From: a virus
Lineage: Duplodnaviria; Caudoviricetes
IMG/VR virus record: IMGVR_UViG_3300031576_000039
Coordinates: 702-64,701 of that record
Length of the DNA stretch: 64,000 nucleotides
Direction: 5' to 3' (one strand)
Shown here: piece after piece, positions 36,397 to 45,701 of the stretch
How positions within the stretch are numbered: the stretch's first letter is position 1
How the letters are laid out: each line of letters opens with the position of its first letter
Program-made: the position numbers and the translations under genes
Notes under the pieces: generated by a model
The model's input: only the letters and a program-made list of their open reading frames with translations
What the model was told of the DNA's origin: nothing
Databases searched by the model: none

Positions 36397-39300
36397 TCAC
36401 CGGCGTTTCTTGAGTGAGCCGTACGCCGGCCCGGTCTTCACGTCCGCGACGAGAGGGACACCGTTCTTCGTCGGCCACTGCTCCATGAGGGCCTTGGCGA
36501 CGTAGACGTACTCGTCGACGTAGTCCTCCCGCACCTCAGCCAGGATGGAGTCGTAGACCGTAAGGACGACCTTCGCGGGGATGTGCTCCTCCAGCACCCA
36601 CCGGACGATCGCGATCAGCGAGTACAGGGTGTAGAGCGCGGCGGTGCCCTGGATCGGCGTGTTGATCGCCTGCCTCTCCGCGTGCCCGCGCCTCTCGTCG
36701 TCGGGGTCGCCGATCCCGAGAAGCCAGCGGCAGTGCATGCGCTCGCCGGCCCACCAGTTCCACACGCGGCCCGTCTCGTGGGCGAGCCGGATCTGTCCCT
36801 CACACCAAGCGGTGAACGTGTCGAACTCCCCGAGGATCGACTCGATCACGCGGCGCGCCTCGCGGATCTGTGACTCCGTGGGGCGGGCGGTCTTGAAGAT
36901 CTCACCCGCGAGTTGCATCGCGCCGCGGCGGTAGATGATCGCGAAGTTGGTCGTCTTCGCCTGGCTGCGCTCCTTGCCCTCCGGTGGCACGTCCTCTGGC
37001 CGCATGCGCCACACGAGCGGTGCGATCAGCTGCGCAGTGCGGTAGTGGTAGTCGACGCCCGACTGGAAGATCTCGATCATCTTCCGGTCGTTCGACATAT
37101 CTGCCCCCACTCGAAGCTCGATCTGTGACTGGTCGACCTCCACCAGCACGTGACCGGACGACGCGACGAAGCAGTCGCGGGTGAGCTTGCCCTCCTCCGG
37201 CTCGGGCCGGCTCAGGTTGAACAGGTTGGGACCGTCGCACGAAAGACGACCAGAGTTGTGCGTGACGAACCCTCCGGTGACGTGGCTGTGGTCCTCCTCC
37301 ACGGTGAGCCCGTAGACCCGCTCCACCCCTTGCTCAGTGACGTGGGAGACGATCGACCACCCGAGCGCGGCTCGCTTCCCGACCACGTGGGTCTCCGGCA
37401 GCCAGCCCGTCACTGGAGCCCACTCCTCAGGTGGCGAGTGGACGACGACGTGATCCCCAGGCACGAGTCTGTCAGCGCGCACCCAGCCACCGTCGGTCGT
37501 CCTGTACTCATGGTTCGCGGACGTGCGGAGAACGTGGCCGAGCACGGTCGTCACCCGGTGCACAACTGCCTCCCCGTTGGGACCAGCTGCGGTCACCCGT
37601 CGTGCACGCCCCTCGTGCGTGAGCACAAGGTCCCCCACGCCGACGCGCTCCACCGGCAGGTACCCGCGATTCGTAAGGACAAGCTCTCCGGCCGGCAAGC
37701 ACTCCGTGCCGTCGATCCGGTTGTTCGGGTGGAACCTCCCGTCCGACCGCACCCACTGCGCCATGCCCCCGCAGCCGAGCTGGAAGGGCTCAGCCGGGGT
37801 CTCGCGGGACCCGCCGTCCGCATAGGTCCCGCGCTGCTTCGCGATACGGCGCCACTCGAGCAAGACCCCAACGACCGGGTGCTCCTCGAGCAGCTGCTCG
37901 AGCGCCGCCTCGTCGGTGGACGGCAGGCCGGTGCCCGTCGTCCTGCTGCACTGGAGATTCAGCCGGTTGTACAGCAGGTCCGCGACCTGCTGCGGGGAGT
38001 TGGGGTTGATCTCGTAGCGCGACAGGGCGGTGAGCAGGTTGCGCTGCTTGGCGTCGCAGGCGAGGGCGAACGCGTGGATCGCGTCCACGCTGGCGCCCAC
38101 GCCCCACCGCTCGACCTGGGCGAGCGTAGAGACGAGAGGCTGGTCCAACTCGCGCCACACCCGCGCGGCGTCCGGGTCCGCGGCGAGCCGCATCTCGAGC
38201 AGCTCAGCTAGGCGCGCGGTGGACGTCGCGTCGCGGCCGTTGTAGCGGTGGAGCAGCGGCTTGGGCACGGTAGCGAAGGACCACTGTTTGTCCGGCCACC
38301 CATCCCGCACGCCGCGCATGACGGCGGGGTCCACCGGCTCATGGAACATCATCTCCTGGGGGCCGTCGATCTGGCCGACCACCTGCTTCGCCGACCGCGC
38401 GCCGGCACGCAGGGCCTCCTCGATCTCCGCCTTCGCGCCGCCCATCCCGACCAGCTCCTGCGCCACCTCCAGCTTGCCAACCGCGTGGGACTCCAGGCGG
38501 CTGCGCCAGAGCATCGTGTCGCCCGCGATGGTGGGCTGGATCCCGAGGTCGCACCAGACGGCCTCGTAGTCGAACTTCGCGTTGTGCGCGACGAACCGCA
38601 GCTCGCGCAGGATCCGCAGCAGGGCGTCCCAGGCGGGTCCGGAGCGCGGCCCGGTACAGTCCCACACCCACGCGTCGTCGAAGCCGCGAGCGCACAGGCC
38701 GACGCACAGGAGGTGGAACTCCGGCTCGTACAGCGCGCCCGCCGACTCGACGTCGAGGACGCACCAGGCGGCGGCGCGCAGCTCCGCCTCGGCGGCTGCG
38801 GCGTCCTCGGCCGTCTGCACCACGTGGGCGACGCCGCTGAACCGCGGGGCGACCTCCGCCGAGAGCGCCCAGCGCAGGTCCGACTCGAACCACCGCGCGA
38901 CAACGCGGTTGCGCTTCGCTGCCGCCGGATTGACGGTGAGGAACACCGGGACCACACGCAGCCCGTCAGGAGCTATCGGATCGGCCACCGTGGTCCAACC
39001 GTACCCGCGGCGCACGGACAGGACGGGAGGGGAGCGCCCGAGCAGGGAGTAGGCCGCGAGCGAGCCCAGCGCGACGACCCGCTCCGGGCGCACCTCGCGG
39101 ATGGTCTGGGCGAGGAACCCGCGGCATGCGTCCGCGTGCTTCTCGGCCCCCTTCTTGTCCTCCCCGAGGAAGCACAGGAGGGCATTCGTGTACGCGGCCG
39201 GGCCCACGTAGTGCTTCCGCACGAGGCCGCGCAGGTACGAGCCGGACACGCCCACCATCGGCCGGCCCGCCACGTCCTCGTCGCGCCCCGGCGCCTCGCC

Positions 39301-39462
39301 GACGAGCAGCAGGCCACCGGGCTCGCCGTCGGCGGGCATACAGATCGTGCCCGCCCGCTGGCTCAGCGAGCAGCGCGTGCAGGTCCGGTCGAGGCCGAGC
39401 GGGCGCGCCTCCTCGACGGGCGCGCGCGGGACCTCCTGCCAGAGGGGAAGATCGGTGGTCAT
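36397..39462 (-). CDS. polA: Family A DNA polymerase with N-terminal family-4 UDG-like domain, 3'-5' exonuclease domain and mini-intein
   Basis: GEAPG; DVE/HNAKFD/YNGRD exonuclease motifs; DQSQIELR, AKTTNF, NTPIQG, VYDS. Confidence 0.93.
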   Translation of the reverse strand: MTTDLPLWQEVPRAPVEEARPLGLDRTCTRCSLSQRAGTICMPADGEPGGLLLVGEAPGRDEDVAGRPMVGVSGSYLRGLVRKHYVGPAAYTNALLCFLGEDKKGAEKHADACRGFLAQTIREVRPERVVALGSLAAYSLLGRSPPVLSVRRGYGWTTVADPIAPDGLRVVPVFLTVNPAAAKRNRVVARWFESDLRWALSAEVAPRFSGVAHVVQTAEDAAAAEAELRAAAWCVLDVESAGALYEPEFHLLCVGLCARGFDDAWVWDCTGPRSGPAWDALLRILRELRFVAHNAKFDYEAVWCDLGIQPTIAGDTMLWRSRLESHAVGKLEVAQELVGMGGAKAEIEEALRAGARSAKQVVGQIDGPQEMMFHEPVDPAVMRGVRDGWPDKQWSFATVPKPLLHRYNGRDATSTARLAELLEMRLAADPDAARVWRELDQPLVSTLAQVERWGVGASVDAIHAFALACDAKQRNLLTALSRYEINPNSPQQVADLLYNRLNLQCSRTTGTGLPSTDEAALEQLLEEHPVVGVLLEWRRIAKQRGTYADGGSRETPAEPFQLGCGGMAQWVRSDGRFHPNNRIDGTECLPAGELVLTNRGYLPVERVGVGDLVLTHEGRARRVTAAGPNGEAVVHRVTTVLGHVLRTSANHEYRTTDGGWVRADRLVPGDHVVVHSPPEEWAPVTGWLPETHVVGKRAALGWSIVSHVTEQGVERVYGLTVEEDHSHVTGGFVTHNSGRLSCDGPNLFNLSRPEPEEGKLTRDCFVASSGHVLVEVDQSQIELRVGADMSNDRKMIEIFQSGVDYHYRTAQLIAPLVWRMRPEDVPPEGKERSQAKTTNFAIIYRRGAMQLAGEIFKTARPTESQIREARRVIESILGEFDTFTAWCEGQIRLAHETGRVWNWWAGERMHCRWLLGIGDPDDERRGHAERQAINTPIQGTAALYTLYSLIAIVRWVLEEHIPAKVVLTVYDSILAEVREDYVDEYVYVAKALMEQWPTKNGVPLVADVKTGPAYGSLKKRR
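37255..37701 (-). mobile_element. Mini-intein (149 aa) in polA, no intact endonuclease
   Basis: Starts CLPAG, block B TSANH, ends VTHN followed by Ser; interrupts GTE|SGRLS. Confidence 0.9.
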
Positions 39463-39662
39463 GCCTCGGGTTCGATCGGCTCGTTGACGTCATGCTGATC
39501 GTAGCCCGCCAAGATCTCGGGGCGGTACCTGGACAGTTTCGCCTCCCGACACACGGCGCACACGCGGCACAACTCGATCCCCCGCGCGTCGAACGCCCAC
39601 AAGCTTCCGTCGGTCTTGTCGTGCGCGTGCCGCATCAGACGCTCGCGGGCTTCGTCGGTCAT
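39459..39662 (-). CDS. Small protein (DARGIELCRVCAVC)
   Basis: ATGA overlaps on both sides. Confidence 0.55.
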   Translation of the reverse strand: MTDEARERLMRHAHDKTDGSLWAFDARGIELCRVCAVCREAKLSRYRPEILAGYDQHDVNEPIEPEA

Positions 39663-40204
39663 GCCTGCGCGCCTCCGAGGAACAGCTCGGCGGCGCGCTT
39701 GACGCGGTCCTCCAGGTCCGTCGAGACGCGCATCACCGGGACCTTGTCCCGCACGCGCATCGCCTCTGCGAGCAGCTTGTCCGCGGTGCTGCACCCGCCC
39801 TGCTCGATCAGGAACACGAGCGCGGCCTTGAGAGTCTTCGCGCCGACCAACCCCTCGGGCAGGCCGGAGTCAGCGTCGATCGCCACCGCGCCGGCCGGTG
39901 CGCTGGGCGGGGGTGCCGTCTCCTTGGCGGTCTCCGATGGTACAACAGGAGGTGCTGTGGTCGGTGCCGCGGCAGACTTGCCGTTGCTCCGCGGCGGTGC
40001 AACGTAGGTACGCGCTACCTCGGGCACAGTGATCGTCGGCTCGACGCTCACGAGCGCCCCGTTCGAGAGCGCCTTGAGGATCCGGTAGCAGTCCTCGAGA
40101 GAGAGCCCGCGGATCACCATCGCGCCCGAGCTGAACGAGACCTCGCGAAGGTGGCCCAGCACCTCCGCGTCGGCGGTGAATTCCTTGATTCTGGTCGTGA
40201 TCAT
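39659..40204 (-). CDS. Hypothetical protein with a Pro/Ala linker
   Basis: AAGGAG RBS. Confidence 0.6.
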   Translation of the reverse strand: MITTRIKEFTADAEVLGHLREVSFSSGAMVIRGLSLEDCYRILKALSNGALVSVEPTITVPEVARTYVAPPRSNGKSAAAPTTAPPVVPSETAKETAPPPSAPAGAVAIDADSGLPEGLVGAKTLKAALVFLIEQGGCSTADKLLAEAMRVRDKVPVMRVSTDLEDRVKRAAELFLGGAQA

Positions 40205-40956
40205 GTCGTTGCTTGCTCCTTCTTCCTGCCTTGATCGTTCTTCCTGGCACCGCGGGCGCCAGCCAACGTCCAGTACGCAACGTACGAACTGCCCTCGATC
40301 TCCACCTCCAGCCGCGCGATCGGTGGGGCCGGCATGCGCAGGACGGCGGAGAGGGCGCGCGACGCGTGCCTATGGGTCCACCCGACCTCCCGCGCCAGCT
40401 CCTCAGTCGTCGCGGGGCCGCCCAGCGTGCGCAGCGCCGAGATCACGATCCTGTCGTAGGTGGCGTGCCCGTCCAGCGCCATGCAGCGCGCGCACGCGTC
40501 GTCGGGTACGCGCTTGTGGCGACCGCACTCGCACTTGTGCTTGTTCGGCTTCGCCCCGCGGCGTACCGCGCGGTTAAGGCGCTGTCTCGCGGCGATCGGC
40601 CCGTTCAGGCACGGGATGCAGAAGAACGCGATCCCGTCCTTGCGCCCGCGGTTCGCGTAGAACGCCTCCAACGCGACCCACTGCTCGCACCACGCGCACC
40701 ACGCGCAGGTAGCGGTGGCGTTCGGGCGCCAGCGGCGGGGCTGCGCGCCGCTGCGCCTCCTGTACGACTCGCGCTTGTGCTCGCCGTGGCAGAGCTTGCA
40801 GTAGGTAGAGGGTCCGCCGCGCGAGGTGAAGAAGCGGTCCTGAGGCTGCCACCTCTCGCACTTCGGGCAGCGGACCAGCCCGTCCTGCACGCGGCCCCGG
40901 AAGTACGGCCGGCGACGGCGGATCTCGTCCTCGAGCTGGACCAGCTCGCCGATCAT
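40201..40956 (-). CDS. Multi-Zn-finger protein with a C-terminal winged HTH
   Basis: CPKC/CKLC, CAWC/CIPC, CECG/CARC; TEELAREVGW. Confidence 0.6.
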   Translation of the reverse strand: MIGELVQLEDEIRRRRPYFRGRVQDGLVRCPKCERWQPQDRFFTSRGGPSTYCKLCHGEHKRESYRRRSGAQPRRWRPNATATCAWCAWCEQWVALEAFYANRGRKDGIAFFCIPCLNGPIAARQRLNRAVRRGAKPNKHKCECGRHKRVPDDACARCMALDGHATYDRIVISALRTLGGPATTEELAREVGWTHRHASRALSAVLRMPAPPIARLEVEIEGSSYVAYWTLAGARGARKNDQGRKKEQATT

Positions 40957-41801
40957 CAGCGCGTGATACACGACGCCGCCTCCCCCTCCAACCACGCGCG
41001 CGGCACCTCGTCGGGGTCGAGCGTCGGGGGGAGCCGCACGTGGCCGGCGCGCTGTCCGAGCAGCCGCAGCCGCAGCGCCAGGGACTCCCCCTCGCGCCAG
41101 GCGTCCCCGTCGAGGACCACCGCGACCGGACGCGCGGCGCCCGCCAGCATCTCGACCTGCGGGTCGCTGGGCTTGCCCAGCAGCGCGACGCCGTCGGGCC
41201 ACAGGGCGAGGGCGTCGAAGACGCCCTCCACCACCACCAGCGGCCGGTCCGTGTGGACGAGCAGGGCACGGGCGTTGAACACGATCGCCGCCCGGTGCAT
41301 GCCGCGAGGGTAGAGGTAGGGCCGGTCGACAGGAACCCACGAGCGCGCGACCCACCCGAGCCACTCGCCGCGGGCGTCCACGACGGGGACCACGACGCGG
41401 CCCGAGTAGCGGCCGGTGGCGCAGGCGCCGATCCCGACCTCGTCCCACAGCGCCGCCCTCACGCGGCGCGACGCTAGGTAGTCGCGCGCGGGCGCGAGGG
41501 CGAGCGAGCGCAGGCCGTCGGCGGTGGCGAGGGGGACGAAGTCCTCGGGCGGCCCCAGCTCGCCGGGCTCCGGCTCGGGCGGGGCTGCCTCCGCCTGCCG
41601 GTCGGCCCACGGCAGCCACCCGCGTGCGCCGCAGCGGAAGCACCCGTACCACCCGCGCTGGCTCACCCCCATCGACTTGCGCCGGTCCGACTTGCCGACG
41701 CGCGAGTCGCACAGGGGGCAGGCGACGCGGGTCCACCCGCCGACCTGCTGGCGCTCGCCGGACAGGGTGCGCTCGATCAGCTCGGCCTCCTCCCTGCTCA
41801 C
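40956..41801 (-). CDS. DNA primase (Zn ribbon plus TOPRIM)
   Basis: CPLC...CFRCG, YL.SR, VVEGVFDAL, LDGD. Confidence 0.88.
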   Translation of the reverse strand: MSREEAELIERTLSGERQQVGGWTRVACPLCDSRVGKSDRRKSMGVSQRGWYGCFRCGARGWLPWADRQAEAAPPEPEPGELGPPEDFVPLATADGLRSLALAPARDYLASRRVRAALWDEVGIGACATGRYSGRVVVPVVDARGEWLGWVARSWVPVDRPYLYPRGMHRAAIVFNARALLVHTDRPLVVVEGVFDALALWPDGVALLGKPSDPQVEMLAGAARPVAVVLDGDAWREGESLALRLRLLGQRAGHVRLPPTLDPDEVPRAWLEGEAASCITR

Positions 41802-43117
41802 GAGTCCCTCATGACGGGCGCGACGCGACCGAGCGCGAAGTCCGGCGGCAGCGGGCCCGCCACCAGGCCGGTCTCGCCGTGCCGGTTGGCTGCGACGTAG
41901 AACGACAGGCCGCGGCCCTCCACGTGGTTGATCGTCACCATCAGGTCCGTCTCACGCGCCTTGCCCTGCGACCCGGCAGCGTCGCCGACGTCGAGGCGGC
42001 GTCGCGCGTCCGAGCGGCCCTTCGGCTGGCTCGCCGTCCACACCCACATGTTCCGCTCGATCGCCATGGCGCGGAGGTCCCTCCACACCCGCGTGCCGAC
42101 CTCGTGCAGCGGCAGCTCCTTCTTGCCACGCACCGTGAGCAGGTCGCCGTAGTCGACGATGAGCACGTCGACCTTGCGCCCGCGGCCGTCCTCGAGCTGC
42201 TTGACCCAGTCCTCCATATCCGCGGGCGACGTCACACCACCGGTGAAGAACCGCACCACCACGTCCCCCCTACCCACCGACGCGACCTCCGCCAGGCGCG
42301 AGCGGGCGCGGTCCATGGCGCCGTTGAGCACGGAGTCGATCGGGATGCTGGTCACGTTCGCTACCACCCGCGCCTGCCACGCGACGTCCTGGATCTCCAG
42401 CGTGGCCCCGGCGACGAACAGCCCGTCCAGGTACGCCTGGGACGCGAGGTGGGAGAGGAACATCGACTTCCCCCGCTTCGGGTCCGCCATCACAAAGGAC
42501 AGGGTGCCGCGCGGCGGCCCGCCCGCGAGGATCCCGTCCAGCTCGTGGATCCCCGTCGACAGCCGGGCGACGTTGCGGATCCTCTCGAGCGCCTCGAACA
42601 CCCCGCCCTGGAGGGAGACGTCTGCGCACTCGTCGACGTCGCCGATCTCCTCCGCCTTGCGCATCTGGTCGGCAACGTCGTGGAGGTCGACGTCGGGCTT
42701 CGCGATCACCTTGGCGGCCTCGTAGAGGGCCCTCATGCGCGCCCGCTGCTTCAGCACCGGCACCACCTCGGCGAGCACGTCGGCCTCAGACAGCAGGTCG
42801 TCCTCGGCGTCTAGCAGGTAGGACTGGACCGCCTTGACCTGCTCGAGCGTGGCCCGGCCGTCGTCGCACGAGCGGCGCAGGCGCTGCACCACGGTACCCC
42901 CCGAGGCCGGCCCGCCGCCGGTCTCGCGGGCGAACGCCTGCGCGGCGCCGACGGCGAGCCGCGCCTCCTCGGTGCTGAGCGCGTCCGCGTCCAGCTTCGC
43001 GCCGACGCGGCCGAAGAACTTGCGCGAGTAGGACAGGTGCCAGGTGAGCGACCGCTCGAACTGCGGCGTGAACGGGTAGCGCTCGACCTTGGCGGGCGCG
43101 CTCACGCTGCGGCTCAC
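41798..43117 (-). CDS. dnaB: DnaB-like replicative helicase
   Basis: PKRGKS, TLE, IVDYGD, WTASQ, ANRHG. Confidence 0.88.
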   Translation of the reverse strand: MSRSVSAPAKVERYPFTPQFERSLTWHLSYSRKFFGRVGAKLDADALSTEEARLAVGAAQAFARETGGGPASGGTVVQRLRRSCDDGRATLEQVKAVQSYLLDAEDDLLSEADVLAEVVPVLKQRARMRALYEAAKVIAKPDVDLHDVADQMRKAEEIGDVDECADVSLQGGVFEALERIRNVARLSTGIHELDGILAGGPPRGTLSFVMADPKRGKSMFLSHLASQAYLDGLFVAGATLEIQDVAWQARVVANVTSIPIDSVLNGAMDRARSRLAEVASVGRGDVVVRFFTGGVTSPADMEDWVKQLEDGRGRKVDVLIVDYGDLLTVRGKKELPLHEVGTRVWRDLRAMAIERNMWVWTASQPKGRSDARRRLDVGDAAGSQGKARETDLMVTINHVEGRGLSFYVAANRHGETGLVAGPLPPDFALGRVAPVMRDS

Positions 43118-44769
43118 AGCCACTCCCCCAGGAACTCGCCGCACGCGACGCGGGCGCGCAGGGCGGCGGAGGCACGCTCGGCCTGCCCCCGCGCCTCAGC
43201 GAGCAGCCGATCGTAGGCGTCGCCGGGCAGGTGGCGGTCGACGACCTCGCGGATTCTCGGGTCGCGGCCCCAGCGGTCAATCCCCGCGGCGCGCAGGTCG
43301 CGGTCCATCGCGTGCCACAGGCGCAGGAGGCGCGACCACGCGCCCCCGCACACAACCGCCTGCTGCGCGCCCCACTCTGCGGACTCCGCCCGGAACCACC
43401 CGCCGTGCTCCGCGATCCGCTTCGCCGACCACACGAAGCCGGCCGGCGGCGCGCCCGCGTTCCCCATGGCGCGCCAGCTGCGCAGGCTCCACGCCGCCCA
43501 CGCCATCGGGGCGATCGGCGCGCGGGGCTCCCCCGTGTCCTCCCGCGGCAGGCCGGAGTCCACGAGCGCCTGCGCCGCGGCGCGCAGGGCGGGGTAGTCC
43601 CGGCGGCGCGCCAGGCCGTGCGCCCAGACCTTGCGGTGCTTGCCCGTCACCGCCGCGGCCAGGCTGGCGTGGACCTCGACGAGCACCCGAGCGCGCTCGA
43701 CGTCCGGGAGGTCGGGGTCCAGGGGGGGCGGGGCGGGGACCTGGTAGGAGACGATCGGGGGGCGGGACAGCGCGCGCTCGAGGTCGGCGGGCTGGTGGGG
43801 TGCTGGAGGGGGTAGGTCAGCGCAGGCTGGGGAGGCCGGGTGCTGGGGGGTGACGTTCTCCGGCTTGACGTCGCGGGGGGTGGGTGCGGGGTCCGGTCTC
43901 GCTGCGACAGGAAGATCTTGGCTGGGGTGCGCGGGCGGTTCCTCCGAGCGCGCGTTCGGGGACGGAGATCCCAGAGGGATCTCCGGATCCTGATCTGGGA
44001 TCTGATCGGAGATCAGATTGGTGGCGCTCTGGTGAATTGCCATTTGCGCTCTGGTGAATTCGTAGGTAGCTGATTTCGCTGTGGTGTCACGGATACTGAA
44101 CCCGTCCGCGGCGCCTTGATCCGTCGTGGGTGCGGCGGGGGGCGTTGACGGATCCGGTGACGGTTTCGCGTACGGCGCGCGCGGCGGCAGCCCGCGGCGC
44201 TCGCGCGCCTGGTCGGGCGTCTCCCCCTTGCGGGGCCGCCCTGCGCCGGGGCGCGCGCCGCCGGTGCCGTCGCGGGCTCCACCTCGCCCGGCCCTGTGCC
44301 GGTCCCCGTAGACCAGGGCCTTGTGCGGGACGCGCAGCAGGCCGACCTCGCCGGGCTCGGCGGCGCCGAGGCAGCGCCGGATCAGCAGCATCTTGCCGTA
44401 GCGCGGTTCCCAGTCGCGCACCCGGTCGCCCCGGTCGTTGGTGTACTCGGCGGGTACGAGCAGCCCCGCCTCCGCCAGCTTGGCGAACGCTCGGCGCGCT
44501 CGGTGCACGGAGACGAGCCCCCCCGTGAACGTGGAGTAGCCCTTCGGCGTGGGCCACACCCGGCCGGTGTACTTCGACTTCAGGGACCCGTCGCGGTACT
44601 CGCGCGCCCACTTCCAGATCGTCATGGCGAGGGAGCCGAGGGCGCGGTGGAGGAACGACTGCTCGGCCCTGAACGTGCCCGACGCGGTGGTCTGCGAGAA
44701 CAGCTGCCGCTTCCCCTCGCCCGCCCTGCCCTCAGTCTGTTGCCTACGCGCCGAGATCTGCGGAAGCAT
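43114..44769 (-). CDS. Putative replication initiator (N-terminal wHTH-like region, low-complexity middle)
   Basis: VWPT...S...ARRAFAKL.EAGLL wHTH pattern; directly upstream of helicase and primase. Confidence 0.5.
   Translation of the reverse strand: MLPQISARRQQTEGRAGEGKRQLFSQTTASGTFRAEQSFLHRALGSLAMTIWKWAREYRDGSLKSKYTGRVWPTPKGYSTFTGGLVSVHRARRAFAKLAEAGLLVPAEYTNDRGDRVRDWEPRYGKMLLIRRCLGAAEPGEVGLLRVPHKALVYGDRHRAGRGGARDGTGGARPGAGRPRKGETPDQARERRGLPPRAPYAKPSPDPSTPPAAPTTDQGAADGFSIRDTTAKSATYEFTRAQMAIHQSATNLISDQIPDQDPEIPLGSPSPNARSEEPPAHPSQDLPVAARPDPAPTPRDVKPENVTPQHPASPACADLPPPAPHQPADLERALSRPPIVSYQVPAPPPLDPDLPDVERARVLVEVHASLAAAVTGKHRKVWAHGLARRRDYPALRAAAQALVDSGLPREDTGEPRAPIAPMAWAAWSLRSWRAMGNAGAPPAGFVWSAKRIAEHGGWFRAESAEWGAQQAVVCGGAWSRLLRLWHAMDRDLRAAGIDRWGRDPRIREVVDRHLPGDAYDRLLAEARGQAERASAALRARVACGEFLGEWL
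43964..44060. repeat. Origin-like segment: 7 GATC in 48 bp, a 9-bp inverted repeat and two 15-bp direct repeats
   Basis: ggagatccc-aga-gggatctcc; gcgctctggtgaatt at 44024 and 44046. Confidence 0.6.
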
Positions 44770-44910
44770 GAAACGGCCCTCTAGTCTCCCCGACGATCGT
44801 CGGGGCCCGGGTGCCACCGAATCAAACCCCGCGCGGATCTGAGGACGCGGAGGATCCGACCCGGAGCACCGAGCAACCGACGAGGAGGCTGGATGGCCGT
44901 TTCAGATCCT

Positions 44911-44939
44911 TTGGTATCCCGACAGGATGGCACTGTCAA
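44911..44939 (-). promoter_or_regulatory. Sigma70-type promoter TTGACA-17-TACCAA upstream of the replication operon
   Basis: Consensus -35 in a low-GC intergenic gap. Confidence 0.5.
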
Positions 44940-45048
44940 GACCCCGTATGTGCGGATCGTCGATATCGCATCCCCGCCGCGGTATCAAGATCCTGGTCAA
45001 ACTATTCCAGAACGGTCGGGACTCCTTAGGTTATCTTCCCGGAATTCC

Positions 45049-45546
45049 CTAAGCGTACGAGCGCAGCTCCGCGTCGGAGAAGACGTGCACCTCGCCCGCA
45101 ACCCGCACGGACCACTCCAGGTGGGGTGCCTGGGCTACCACGCGTCCGACGAGGCCAGAGAGCCGGTGGCGGGGGTCGCTGCGCGGCAGCGGCAGGATCT
45201 CGACGCGGTCGCCGACCTTGGAGCTGCACACCGGGCACTGGTCGTCGGTAGGCGGAGGCAGCGACAGGGCGCCCGCCAGCACCGCGCGCTGCTCCGGCGA
45301 CATCGCTGCCACCACGCCCTTGAACGTGGTTGGCACGCCCGGTGGCGAGCCGGTCAGCGGGTCGGGCACGAGGGGAACGGACCCCTCCCGGCCGTGCGCC
45401 TCTTCCACCTGCGCCGCGTGCCGCCGCAGGGAGGACCGCGCCTCGAGTGCGTAGATCACCTGGGCGACGACGTAGAGGTCCTCCGCGGGCATCGCGCGGA
45501 GGCACCTGGTCAGCTCGTCGATCTGGGGTCCTGGCAGTGGCTTCAT
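45049..45546 (-). CDS. Hypothetical protein with an SH3-like C-terminus
   Basis: AGGAGG RBS; KVGDRVEI...GRVV. Confidence 0.5.
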   Translation of the reverse strand: MKPLPGPQIDELTRCLRAMPAEDLYVVAQVIYALEARSSLRRHAAQVEEAHGREGSVPLVPDPLTGSPPGVPTTFKGVVAAMSPEQRAVLAGALSLPPPTDDQCPVCSSKVGDRVEILPLPRSDPRHRLSGLVGRVVAQAPHLEWSVRVAGEVHVFSDAELRSYA

Positions 45547-45701
45547 CGCTTCCTCCTGTGGTGGACTCGGGCCATCGCCAGCGGTATCGGCATGGCAACC
45601 CGCCGCTTCGCGCGGCGGTGCCGCCAGATCATCGCGGCGAGCGTGGCGGCGTAGAGCAGCGCGAGCACGATCAACCCGACCACGGTGACGACGTTCCTCA
45701 C
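45543..45701 (-). CDS. Small single-TM protein
   Basis: Hydrophobic N-terminus; 4-nt overlaps. Confidence 0.45.
   Translation of the reverse strand: MRNVVTVVGLIVLALLYAATLAAMIWRHRRAKRRVAMPIPLAMARVHHRRKR

Noticed and set aside
27312-43144. Long Arg/Pro-rich N-terminal extensions in ORF-track entries (e.g. 27312-29381, 28877-30109, 35089-36330, 40201-41736)
   Set aside because: They overlap upstream genes out of frame; starts were reassigned to the overlap or RBS positions
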